From Promethearchaeota archaeon (GTDB taxonomy: Archaea > Asgardarchaeota > Heimdallarchaeia > Hodarchaeales > Hodarchaeaceae), in the NCBI GenBank assembly GCA_048938105.1, contig JBHLMN010000026.1, forward strand, positions 1 to 64,000: 64,000 nt of DNA, written 5' to 3'. The translations under genes were made by a program, and so were the position numbers. Shown piece after piece: positions 19,273 through 28,441 of the stretch (positions are counted from its first letter, which is position 1; each line of letters starts with the position of its first letter). The notes beneath the pieces were generated by a model. That model was given only the letters and a program-made list of their open reading frames with translations, did no database searches and was not told where the DNA came from.

Positions 19273-20883
19273 TTGGTGATTAAAGTGAACATACAAAAAA
19301 TTCAATATATATTCTTTATTATCTTAATTCTATTCTCTGGATATGGTTTGTTGGCTTTAGGAAGACCTGAACAGGTAACATTAAACATTATTGTTTCAGA
19401 CCAGCAAAAACCTGGTATAGATGGGATAATTGATGACTTCTTAGCAAGTCCACTAGGAGCTGGAGTGGATAATGTAAATGTTATTGCTTCAGGAACAAGA
19501 GCAGAAGACCAGCATGAATATCTTATGACAGAAATGATGGCTGAATCCAATGAATTCGATGTCATCGGATTAGACACCATCTGGCCCGCTCAATTTGCGG
19601 AAAATGGGTGGATCATAGAACTTACTGACCTCTTAGAAACCAATGAAATGGATGACTATGTGGATGGGATGGTCACCTCCTGTACCTACGAAGATAAAAT
19701 CTGGGCATATCCCTACTTCATGAATCTAGGTGTTATGTTCTATCGAAAGGACATTATCTCACGTAATGGGTTCACAATTGCCGACTTTGACACCTGGGAC
19801 GAGTTCAAAACCAATACAATCAAAATCTTAGGTAATACAACCGAACAAACACTAGAACCAGACCTTGTTGGATATGTTGGGCAGTTTGATGCTTACGAAG
19901 GTGGGGTGTGTAACTTCATTGAGTGGTTGGGCGGTAATGGGGTTACCGATATCTTTGATGCCGATGGAAATCCTAACCTGAACACATCAAAAGCACAGGT
20001 AGCCATGGAGTTCTTGAAAGGCCTTACCGCTCCCCGATATACTGGTATGTGGGACTATGAAAATAAAACAACAGGGTACATCATCCCACGATCCGCGCTT
20101 ATCATGGATGAGGGCTCCTCTGTTGGCAAGTGGCTTGCAGGAGAAGCCATCTTCATGCGGCAATGGACTTTTGCATACAGTTTATCAGCTGATGATTTCG
20201 ATTTAAATGCAGTTGATGCTGATGGCAATTATACTCAGTTTGGTGTGACTTTTTTACCTACAAAGACGGGTGCAACCACTGAGAAATCGTCATGTGTTGG
20301 CGGTGCCGTTCTAGCGATTCCTACGTATAGTACTCATCAAACCGAAGCATTTAATCTCATTCGTTTCCTCGGAGACAAGGTCGCCCAACTGTATGAACTG
20401 ACTGAAGTGGCAAACTTCCCCGCTTTGAAGTCTGCATATGACAATCTTCCAACGGGTTACGAATGGGCTAAAGAATTTTATGATGCTTTTGATAAGACAT
20501 TAGCTCGCCCTGTTCATCCAAAATATTCCCAGATTTCAATTGAAATTGCTGACAAATTCCAAGATTTATTAACTGGAATAAAATCTGTGCCTTATGCGTT
20601 AGGTGAGATGGAGTCTGCTATTTCTGAAATCATTGCTGAAGAATACACTACTGAATACACAACTCCCATGACTACAACTATTACTACTACTAAAACTATT
20701 ACTACTACTGTTACTACTACAAAAACCGAGGAAACTAAGATATCAACTTCAGAAAGCGAAACTGAAGAAACGTCCTCAGAGAAACCAACTCCAATCGGTA
20801 CACCTGGTTTTACATTTATTATCTTACTAATCTCAATGGGTATGATATTATCCCTGAAAATCGTGACAAAAAAACGGAAGTAA
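19273..20883 (+). CDS. Second sugar solute-binding protein with Thr-rich stalk and PGF-TM-basic anchor
   Basis: Highly similar to 12271-13722; poly-Thr linker; ends GTPGFTFIILLISMGMILSLKIVTKKRK. Confidence 0.92.
   Translation: MVIKVNIQKIQYIFFIILILFSGYGLLALGRPEQVTLNIIVSDQQKPGIDGIIDDFLASPLGAGVDNVNVIASGTRAEDQHEYLMTEMMAESNEFDVIGLDTIWPAQFAENGWIIELTDLLETNEMDDYVDGMVTSCTYEDKIWAYPYFMNLGVMFYRKDIISRNGFTIADFDTWDEFKTNTIKILGNTTEQTLEPDLVGYVGQFDAYEGGVCNFIEWLGGNGVTDIFDADGNPNLNTSKAQVAMEFLKGLTAPRYTGMWDYENKTTGYIIPRSALIMDEGSSVGKWLAGEAIFMRQWTFAYSLSADDFDLNAVDADGNYTQFGVTFLPTKTGATTEKSSCVGGAVLAIPTYSTHQTEAFNLIRFLGDKVAQLYELTEVANFPALKSAYDNLPTGYEWAKEFYDAFDKTLARPVHPKYSQISIEIADKFQDLLTGIKSVPYALGEMESAISEIIAEEYTTEYTTPMTTTITTTKTITTTVTTTKTEETKISTSESETEETSSEKPTPIGTPGFTFIILLISMGMILSLKIVTKKRK
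19819..20021 (+). repeat. 203-bp perfect inverted repeat, partner 12983-13185
   Basis: Direct sequence comparison. Confidence 0.9.
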
Positions 20884-21101
20884 CAGGAATATTGATAGAG
20901 TGGACGTGTATGTATCTTCAACCTATTGATATTCTCTAGTAATTACTGCTCATTATGAATAGGAGTGCTTCATTGAAATAAACCTCTCTGGACATCAATA
21001 AAAATCAACCAAGGCTGTAATTCTCAACTACATAGTTATAAACTCGATTTGGTGAAATATAAGGATATTATAGAAGTGATATTCAGCTCAATAAATTTCA
21101 A

Positions 21102-21551
21102 TTATTGGACTTTCATTCTACCATAAATGCTAAGAACAACACCCATCCAACCAATGTTTGTACTCAATACCCATAATAATCCTAGAATAGCCCATAGTCC
21201 CATTAACGTTGCAACGACCAATAAAAATATAAAACTAATCAGGCCTACACCAGCACCTAACCCTACAATAAATTTCCCTAATGTGATATGATTTTTGTAA
21301 ATGAAAATTGCACCTAAAATTACTGAAAATCCCCCAAAAGCGCCAAAAAATGCACAAATCAAAACAAAAAAGCGGATGAACCAAGCTAAGGTCAGATCAG
21401 TTACTAGAAAATAGTCAATAATGAAATTACCAATTACTCCGATGATTCCAGGTCCAGTCCAGTATCCAACTCCTCCCCAAATCATCATTAGACCAGAAAC
21501 TATGAGTATCCAGAATGGTTTTGTGTTATTCTTCTTCCTCGTTCTTGGCAT
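21102..21551 (-). CDS. Hypothetical Gly-rich membrane protein
   Basis: Four or more hydrophobic helices. Confidence 0.75.
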   Translation of the reverse strand: MPRTRKKNNTKPFWILIVSGLMMIWGGVGYWTGPGIIGVIGNFIIDYFLVTDLTLAWFIRFFVLICAFFGAFGGFSVILGAIFIYKNHITLGKFIVGLGAGVGLISFIFLLVVATLMGLWAILGLLWVLSTNIGWMGVVLSIYGRMKVQ

Positions 21552-21667
21552 TATACATCAGCTACAACGATATCTTTCTAAATATAAAAGAGATTTAAAG
21601 TTTGTGTGAATATTGGTATATTTTTCACTTTGTTACTGTAATTTCCCTTAGTTAGGATGAGTTTCTT

Positions 21668-23263
21668 TTGGAAATTGAAGACCCTGAAGTGAAATGTGAC
21701 GTGTTAATTATTGGTTCTGGAATCGCTGGTTTATCTCTTGCTCTCAAAGTGGCTAGATTTGGGAAAGTAGTAGTCTTAACAAAGACAACACTGTCCAATT
21801 GTGCTACTGCTTTAGCTCAAGCAGGAATAGCTACAGTGTTTTCAAAAGAGGATTCCTTTGACATTCATTTACAGGATACAATGAAAGTAGGGGATGGACT
21901 CTCCCATTCAATAGTCGCTCGACAAATTATTTCCTCTGCACCTGATCGTATTCATGAACTAGCCTCATGGGGTGTCCAATTCTCGAAAAATGATTTAGGC
22001 GAATTCGATCTCGGATTGGAGGCAGGTCATTCACATCGTCGAATTGTACATGCTAAAGATATAACTGGGGCTGAAGTTCACCGTGCTCTTTGTACAGTAT
22101 TAATGCAGAACCCACAAGTTAAAGTCATTGAACATCACATAGCTATTAATCTAAAAATTCGTGCAGGACGTTGTTTGGGTGCTTATGTTTTAGATAAAAA
22201 ACAAGGATTCGTTAAAAATTTTCACGCAAAGGTTACAGTTCTTGCAACAGGGGGCTTGGGTAAAGCTTTTCTATTTACAAGTAACCCTGATGTCTCTAGT
22301 GGGGATGGTATCGCAATGGCATATCGTGCTGGTGCCACAATAATGAATATGGAATTCATTCAATTTCATCCTACATTGCTATATCACCCCTATGCCAAAT
22401 CCTTCTTGATATCAGAGGCCCTGCGGGGTGAAGGTGCACATTTGATAGACAATCAAGGAAATCGGTTTATGAAATCCTATGATTCTCGATTAGAACTAGC
22501 TCCACGGGATATCGTTGCTCGTGCGATCGATTCTGAACTGAAACGTACAGGACTAGATCACTTATATTTGGATATTACCTTTAAGGATCCTAATTTCGTT
22601 AAAAGTCGATTTCCAGGGATATACGATAAATGTCTTTCATTTGGAATTAATATTACAGAAGAACCGATCCCAATTGTACCTGCTGCTCATTATACAATTG
22701 GTGGAGTTAAAACAACAATATCAGGAGTAACAAATATCCCAGGTCTTTTAGCTATCGGAGAAACAGCATGTACAGGATTTCATGGGTCTAATCGTTTGGC
22801 TTCTAATTCATTATTGGAAGCAGCTGTTATGGCTCATTTTGCAGCTAAGACTTGTTACGATATTTTGCAAAAAGATAGAATGATTCAGTCTTTTTCCCCT
22901 TGGCACGCAGGAAACGCTGTTGACAGTGATGAGTCTGTGGTGGTCAGTCAAAACTGGATGGAGATTCGATTAATGATGTGGAACTATGTGGGAATTGTTA
23001 GATCTGACAAACGCCTTCTAAGGGCAAAAAAACGCATTCAATTACTTCAAAACGAGATTAACCAATACTATTGGGATTTTAAGATAACCTCTGATCTAGT
23101 GGAGCTCAGAAACCTCGCAGATATCGCTCAAATGATTATTGACTGCGCCTTCCACCGTAAGGAGAGTCGTGGTGTCCATTATACAGTTAATTATCCCCAT
23201 AAACGTCGAACAGCAAAAGATACCTTAATTAGGAAATCGGTAATGAGTGATGTTTTATCTTGA
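21668..23263 (+). CDS. nadB: L-aspartate oxidase
   Basis: GSGIAG FAD motif, QFHPT, LISEALRGEG, ELAPRDIVAR, PAAHY, HGSNRLASNSLLE, ESRG-x-HY. Confidence 0.95.
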   Translation: MEIEDPEVKCDVLIIGSGIAGLSLALKVARFGKVVVLTKTTLSNCATALAQAGIATVFSKEDSFDIHLQDTMKVGDGLSHSIVARQIISSAPDRIHELASWGVQFSKNDLGEFDLGLEAGHSHRRIVHAKDITGAEVHRALCTVLMQNPQVKVIEHHIAINLKIRAGRCLGAYVLDKKQGFVKNFHAKVTVLATGGLGKAFLFTSNPDVSSGDGIAMAYRAGATIMNMEFIQFHPTLLYHPYAKSFLISEALRGEGAHLIDNQGNRFMKSYDSRLELAPRDIVARAIDSELKRTGLDHLYLDITFKDPNFVKSRFPGIYDKCLSFGINITEEPIPIVPAAHYTIGGVKTTISGVTNIPGLLAIGETACTGFHGSNRLASNSLLEAAVMAHFAAKTCYDILQKDRMIQSFSPWHAGNAVDSDESVVVSQNWMEIRLMMWNYVGIVRSDKRLLRAKKRIQLLQNEINQYYWDFKITSDLVELRNLADIAQMIIDCAFHRKESRGVHYTVNYPHKRRTAKDTLIRKSVMSDVLS

Positions 23264-23352
23264 CAATGATTAAAATCATTTTCAAAGCAAAAACCTAAAG
23301 AAATATAGAGATATATAGTTAATTAGACAATTTTGAGGCAAATTTATTGTCA

Positions 23353-23517
23353 ATGGAAGAACTTCTCACAAAAGAAAATTATCCTGAGTTAGCTCAGCCT
23401 TGGGATATCCCGTGTATGATTTGTGATCATCTAGAAAAATGTAATATTGGTCAGGATTTTAATCCCATTGGATGTCCTTGGCTAAACCATTATTTGATGG
23501 TACAAAGTAAAGACTAA
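23353..23517 (+). CDS. 54-aa stand-alone RPC34/C39 / TFE-beta-like 4Fe-4S motif microprotein (not in ORF track)
   Basis: MEELLTKENYPELAQPWDIPCMICDHLEKCNIGQDFNPIGCPWLNHYLMVQSKD*; motif PC-x2-C-x5-C-x2-G-x4-P-x2-C-x2-L-x2-YL. An in-frame TAA at 23320-22 excludes a longer N-terminus. Alternative start TTG 23347 with GAGG upstream. Confidence 0.78.
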   Translation: MEELLTKENYPELAQPWDIPCMICDHLEKCNIGQDFNPIGCPWLNHYLMVQSKD

Positions 23518-23625
23518 TCTTTTTTAAAAGGTCTCATTCCTTATTTGCCAGAAATAAATCTACTTATTCTTAATTCGCAACTTATATCAGAAATCATTTA
23601 ATCAGTCAGATTTCTATCCCCTTTT

Positions 23626-25074
23626 ATGAAATTACTTCTTGTAGAACCACCCAAACAGTTTTGGTTTGTGATGGGGGAATATTTACCCCCTCCTTATAGC
23701 CTTCTTATTTTGGCAGCAGTAATAGAGAAGGAATTACCTGATGTTGATATTAAAATTATTGATTGTCAAGCTGAAAAGCTCGATTGGATGGGATTAGAAC
23801 AAAGGATTCAGCAAGAAAAACCAGATATCATTGGTTCTGGTAGTCATGCTACCTGTAATGTGTATAAAACGGTACGTACTCTTGATCTCGCAAAGCGATT
23901 AAACCCAGAAGTAATAACTATCACTGGTGGTTCACATTTTACAATGCTTGATGAGGAAACACTCAATGAATACCCAAGTATTGACATTATCATTCGATAT
24001 GAGGCAGAAAAATCAATTGTCGATTTATTAAGACACTTTCAGGTTCATGGTTGGTCAAAAGATCAATTAAAAAATGTTAAAGGAATAGCATTCAAACAAA
24101 ATGGTGAATTTCGAAGAACCCCTGATTATCCGCCACTCACAGATAATGAATTGGATGCATTACCTTATCCAGCATATCATTTACTTCCAGACATGAATTT
24201 ATATCATTTTGCTATGATGAGTGATGTTCCCTATATTCTCCTTGAGGGGTCGCGAGGTTGTACTCATAATTGTACTTTTTGCTCTCAAACCACATTTTAT
24301 CGCAGGCATTGGAGTACCAAATCAGTCAAAAGGATTGCAGATGAAATGGAATGGATGAGAGATACCTTTGGGAGTCGTTTCTTTTGGTTTACTGACGATA
24401 ATTTCTGTGGTGGAAAACCCCGACTAATTCGAGAACTGTGCCAAGAAATGCTTTCTCGAGGATTAAATGGTAATGAGATAGAGTGGTTCGCTCAAATGCG
24501 AGTAGATAGCATTCTGAAAGTAGGTGACGGCCTAACAGATATGAATCGAGCCGGCAATTATTGGCAGCTTGTGGGTGGAGAATCCCCAAAGAAAGACGTG
24601 TTAAATGGGTTCAAAAAAGGGATTCAAGGTAGTCAAACAGTCGAAGCAATTAAATTGCTAAGAAAGAATAATATTCTTGCTCAATTAATGATCATGATTG
24701 GTCATGAGAATGAGACACACGAAACGATTCAGGAAACTATGAAATGGGCGACAGATGTAGTGAAACCAGATTTTATAATTACAATGTTGGTTACTCCTTA
24801 CCCTGGAACACCACTATATGAAGATTTGTCCAAAAAAGGAAGAATAATCGATAATAATTGGACAAATTATGATATGATTCATGCTGTATGCGATATGAAA
24901 TATCTGTCCGCGACTGAACTACAAGAAGGGTTATATAAGGCATATCGCCACGTATATGACAGCTGGACTCGCCGCTTTGGGGGAATATTTGCTAAGAACA
25001 AGTATAAGCGAAGAATTTTTTGGTATTACTTCAAAGCAGGGGTTATTAGTCAACTAAAGCGATTAATTCCATAA
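23626..25074 (+). CDS. Cobalamin-binding radical SAM protein (class B methyltransferase/BchE-like)
   Basis: N-terminal B12-binding domain (PPYSL...GGSH), SRGCTHNCTFC, FTDDNF, TPYPGTPLY. Confidence 0.9.
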   Translation: MKLLLVEPPKQFWFVMGEYLPPPYSLLILAAVIEKELPDVDIKIIDCQAEKLDWMGLEQRIQQEKPDIIGSGSHATCNVYKTVRTLDLAKRLNPEVITITGGSHFTMLDEETLNEYPSIDIIIRYEAEKSIVDLLRHFQVHGWSKDQLKNVKGIAFKQNGEFRRTPDYPPLTDNELDALPYPAYHLLPDMNLYHFAMMSDVPYILLEGSRGCTHNCTFCSQTTFYRRHWSTKSVKRIADEMEWMRDTFGSRFFWFTDDNFCGGKPRLIRELCQEMLSRGLNGNEIEWFAQMRVDSILKVGDGLTDMNRAGNYWQLVGGESPKKDVLNGFKKGIQGSQTVEAIKLLRKNNILAQLMIMIGHENETHETIQETMKWATDVVKPDFIITMLVTPYPGTPLYEDLSKKGRIIDNNWTNYDMIHAVCDMKYLSATELQEGLYKAYRHVYDSWTRRFGGIFAKNKYKRRIFWYYFKAGVISQLKRLIP

Positions 25075-25103
25075 ATTGGGAATATTAAGACAATAATTAA
25101 TTT

Positions 25104-25922
25104 TCAATATTCTGCTAAATTTCCTTCTCGTCTTGCTGTTTGGACTGTACGCCGGAAATACCATATACCAAGAAGAGGGAGTAGAACAGCTGAAATCACA
25201 ATAATCACAAATTCAAGCTCAAAGGGTAATAATTCAGGTGTTTCTCCAATCATGACGGTACGAAATAAATCCACACAATAGGATAGAGGAATTAAGCGAG
25301 AGATAACTTGAATGAATTCAGGAAGGGCTGAGAATGGAAAAAACATTGCACATAGGATCATAAAAAGAAATTGAAGAAAGTTAGTGAAGGTATTCATGGA
25401 TTCCTTATACTTTAGGGCGAGTCCAGCAAATCCAAATGAGAAACCAAAACATACAAAGAGGCTGAGAAACAAAACAACAATGCCAAGACTCAAGTTAGCA
25501 AGCGGTAACCTACCAAAAACTAATGACATAAAGAAAAAGGTGACTATTACATTGAGTCCTGTCCATACAAGGTTTGCAAAGATCCTAGACACCAGGGTAG
25601 AAAAATAACTGATTGGTGTCATGAATAGTGATTCTAAAGTTCCTTGATATTGTTCTTCTCGTAATGAATTTCCTATGTCCCAGAGCGCTGTCGAAAGAAA
25701 CATGAATAGAATGAAAGAATAGAACATTATCCCAACCCCATAAGCAGTTTTTTCCGGGGGAGTCAAAACCAATGCTGCCACTGTAAAAATGAACATAATA
25801 AAGAAAATCTGGAAGAAACTAAGGATAAACGATAATTTATAACGAGTTAAGACTGTAAATTCCTTCTTTGTCATTGACCAGAATTGATTCCACCACATCT
25901 GAAACTGCTCAGCCATGATCAT
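25104..25922 (-). CDS. ABC-2 type exporter permease
   Basis: EEQYQGTLESLFMTP; FFPFSALP...PLSY. Confidence 0.9.
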   Translation of the reverse strand: MIMAEQFQMWWNQFWSMTKKEFTVLTRYKLSFILSFFQIFFIMFIFTVAALVLTPPEKTAYGVGIMFYSFILFMFLSTALWDIGNSLREEQYQGTLESLFMTPISYFSTLVSRIFANLVWTGLNVIVTFFFMSLVFGRLPLANLSLGIVVLFLSLFVCFGFSFGFAGLALKYKESMNTFTNFLQFLFMILCAMFFPFSALPEFIQVISRLIPLSYCVDLFRTVMIGETPELLPFELEFVIIVISAVLLPLLGIWYFRRTVQTARREGNLAEY

Positions 25923-25927
25923 TCCTC

Positions 25928-26794
25928 CTAAAATTGTCCAATTCCCTCTGCTCTTTTACTTCTTGCTTCTGTCTTTGCAAAGAACCAATATCCAATGAGG
26001 GGACATATGATAGTGAAAGCAAAGAGGACACCTAAATCAAGAAAGACATTACCGAAAAGCCATCTTAGACCAGTCAACGCTGCTTGAATATCGTGAGTCA
26101 AATAAAAACCTGGGAACATCAAAGCAAAAATCTGTAGAAATAACGGTAACACAGTAATAGGAAAGAAAATCCCCGATATTAGTGCTAATGGCCATTGGAA
26201 AGTGTTGAAGATCGTGTTGGCTTGTTTGACTTTCAATACTATCGCACCAAGAAGGAAAGATAAACCATTAATTGGGATCAGACCGAGGAGAAGAATAAAT
26301 AGTGCTAGGAGTATTTGTCCCTGAAGTGGGTTGACTCCAAAAACAACACAACCTAATGTATATCCTAACACAAAGGTAAAAAGTGATCTTACTTCAACAT
26401 AGAGAGTTAAACCAGCCAAAATCGAAAGCTTGTGAGCAGGAGACATAAAAAGAGATTCTAGAGTTCCCAGTGTCTGTTCACGACGAACAAAGAGACCAAA
26501 GAGCCAGAACGATGTCATTATTGAAGAAAAGACGTTGGCACCAATTATCATATATGCAATATAATTCGCTTCCGTCAGACCAGTGCTTTGCTGAAAGTTT
26601 GCTGAAGCAGCAGCTGTGGAACCAGCCATGGCTTGGCCTAATAAAATCGGCATAGCCGCCAGAAACAGGGGTGTAAGAACATCCATAAATAATGCACCTT
26701 TATATCGAGAAATTACTTTCACTCGAACAATGAATGTTCCCCAAAGTACCCCTAAATGATCGATTAAGGACACAGCAGTAGAAGGTGATGTCAT
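25928..26794 (-). CDS. ABC-2 type exporter permease
   Basis: REQTLGTLESLFMSP; SGIFFPITVLP. Confidence 0.9.
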   Translation of the reverse strand: MTSPSTAVSLIDHLGVLWGTFIVRVKVISRYKGALFMDVLTPLFLAAMPILLGQAMAGSTAAASANFQQSTGLTEANYIAYMIIGANVFSSIMTSFWLFGLFVRREQTLGTLESLFMSPAHKLSILAGLTLYVEVRSLFTFVLGYTLGCVVFGVNPLQGQILLALFILLLGLIPINGLSFLLGAIVLKVKQANTIFNTFQWPLALISGIFFPITVLPLFLQIFALMFPGFYLTHDIQAALTGLRWLFGNVFLDLGVLFAFTIICPLIGYWFFAKTEARSKRAEGIGQF

Positions 26795-26810
26795 TTTTTA
26801 TCTTTATCCA

Positions 26811-27854
26811 TTAATTTGTAGTATCACTTTGACGAGTGTCATCCATGAGTGAACGACCTGTGATGTTAACGAAGACATCTTCTAAGGTTGTTTCTTGCTT
26901 GTCAATATTTCGAATAACTGCTCCTTTATGGTTAAGAGTTGTAATGATTTCAGGAAGAATCTGGTGACTATCTTCACATACAATACTAAGATAAGGTTTC
27001 TCCTCTGTGGTACCATTATTGGATCGTTTTACAAGAATATTAGCCGATATGACTCCAGGGAGAGATTTAACAGCGAGTTGAGCGTCTTCAGGGATAGAAC
27101 CTTCAATACTGAGAATATCAGATTGGTGTAATCCATCTTTGAGTTCTAGAGGATCATCAAGAGCAAGAATTCGTCCATGATCAATTATTGCTACACGATG
27201 ACACAGCTCTTCTGCTTCAAACATTTGATGAGTACAATAAATAATCGTCTTATTTTCACTCTCATTCTGCTCTTTTACGATATTCCTGAGTCGCCTCGCT
27301 TCTTTGACATCTAGGGTGTTTGTAGGCTCATCTAACATCAGAATAGGAGCATCATTGATCAAGGCGCGTGCGAAGACCATCTTCATTTTCATGCCCGATG
27401 AAAAAGTTTCAACAGTTCTATCTATATAATCTTCAAGTTCTAAAAGATCAATCAAATTTTCTATTCTGTCCTGACACAACTTTTTTGGGACATGATATAG
27501 AGCGCCAAAGTATTTGAGATTCTCTCTACCCGTTAGCTTCCAATAAAGTCCGCGTTCTCCCATTAACATTGCCCCAATTGACATTTTAACCCCTATGTCT
27601 TGATTTAATGAGAAACCATTTATTCTAGCTGTTCCAGAGGTGGGTAAAAGTAGTGTTGTGAGAATTTTAATCAATGTTGTTTTTCCTGCTCCATTTGGAC
27701 CAAGTAATCCAAAAATCTCTCCCCTATTTACATAGAAAGACACATTTTTTAAGGCTTCAACTTGTGTTCTTTCACTTTTAAACAGTTTTTTCCTTTTTTT
27801 TGAATGGTAAGTTTTTGATAAAGCAGATACTTCAATTATTTTATCATGATTCAT
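26811..27854 (-). CDS. ABC-2 type exporter ATP-binding protein
   Basis: GPNGAGKTT, FSSGMK, LDEPT, TLEDVF. Confidence 0.93.
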   Translation of the reverse strand: MNHDKIIEVSALSKTYHSKKRKKLFKSERTQVEALKNVSFYVNRGEIFGLLGPNGAGKTTLIKILTTLLLPTSGTARINGFSLNQDIGVKMSIGAMLMGERGLYWKLTGRENLKYFGALYHVPKKLCQDRIENLIDLLELEDYIDRTVETFSSGMKMKMVFARALINDAPILMLDEPTNTLDVKEARRLRNIVKEQNESENKTIIYCTHQMFEAEELCHRVAIIDHGRILALDDPLELKDGLHQSDILSIEGSIPEDAQLAVKSLPGVISANILVKRSNNGTTEEKPYLSIVCEDSHQILPEIITTLNHKGAVIRNIDKQETTLEDVFVNITGRSLMDDTRQSDTTN

Positions 27855-27916
27855 CGTAAAAAACCTTCTGAAGGGTTTATCGTTAGACTTACACGATTGT
27901 ATATGTTTATTACATC

Positions 27917-27932
27917 TTACATTATTATGTAA
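27917..27932. promoter_or_regulatory. Palindrome TTACAT-N4-ATGTAA, possible operator of the exporter operon
   Basis: Perfect 6-bp inverted repeat about 60 nt upstream of the ATPase start, with an extra TTACAT half-site at 27910. Confidence 0.35.
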
Positions 27933-28058
27933 AAGAATTACGTTTTTATTTTAAAATTATTTATGTTGGCAAAAATAGGAAATCATGCAATGGATGGGTT
28001 CCGAATTTCCTGATGTACTGGATAGTATTTGGATTCATGTGTCTATTTGTGAAATATT

Positions 28059-28244
28059 ATGACTTTTGATTTGACTCTAAGTGAAATATATACGATTTAC
28101 GAAGGATTTATAGTAACAACTGAGACAATGTGGGGAAAAATATTGACCTATGACATAATGGCTATCATGTCCACCCTTCTCGTTGCCTCATCTATGTTCT
28201 TTGCAGGATTGTGTTTTTATTTACGAAGGGAGAAAAAAGAGTAG
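28059..28244 (+). pseudogene. Possible C-terminal fragment of a membrane protein
   Basis: Single TM followed by LRREKKE*; upstream frames are interrupted. Confidence 0.35.
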
Positions 28245-28284
28245 TTTTGACATTTCTAATATATAAGCGATTGATCTCAATTGT

Positions 28285-28430
28285 TAGCGTGGAACTTTCT
28301 GCTCAGCTTGGGGAGTTCCCCCAAGGGTTTCCTGAGTTATGTCAGTAGGTCAAACAAAAAGGGTACCCTCCGTAAATCAGGGTGAGAAAAGAGTCTTAGA
28401 ACTTCTGCGAGAAGGTCAGAATTCATGCTA
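28285..28430. ncRNA. Candidate structured RNA or MITE
   Basis: GC-rich island in AT-rich DNA; terminal stem TAGCGTGGAA.../...TTCATGCTA; hairpins CTTGGGG/CCCCAAG inside CTCAG/CTGAG, ACCCT/AGGGT and CTTCT/AGAAG; TATA-like TATATAAG about 20 nt upstream. Confidence 0.45.
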
Positions 28431-28441
28431 GAAAAGATAGT

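Noticed and set aside
20670-20720. (ACT)n tract here and (TAG)n at about 28533-28568 as non-coding microsatellites
   Set aside because: They encode poly-Thr linkers of surface proteins.
28308-28385. TPP riboswitch (GGGGAG...CTGAG...ACCC)
   Set aside because: Lacks the GAACCTGAT..TAAT..GCG.AGGGA core and is not upstream of a gene.
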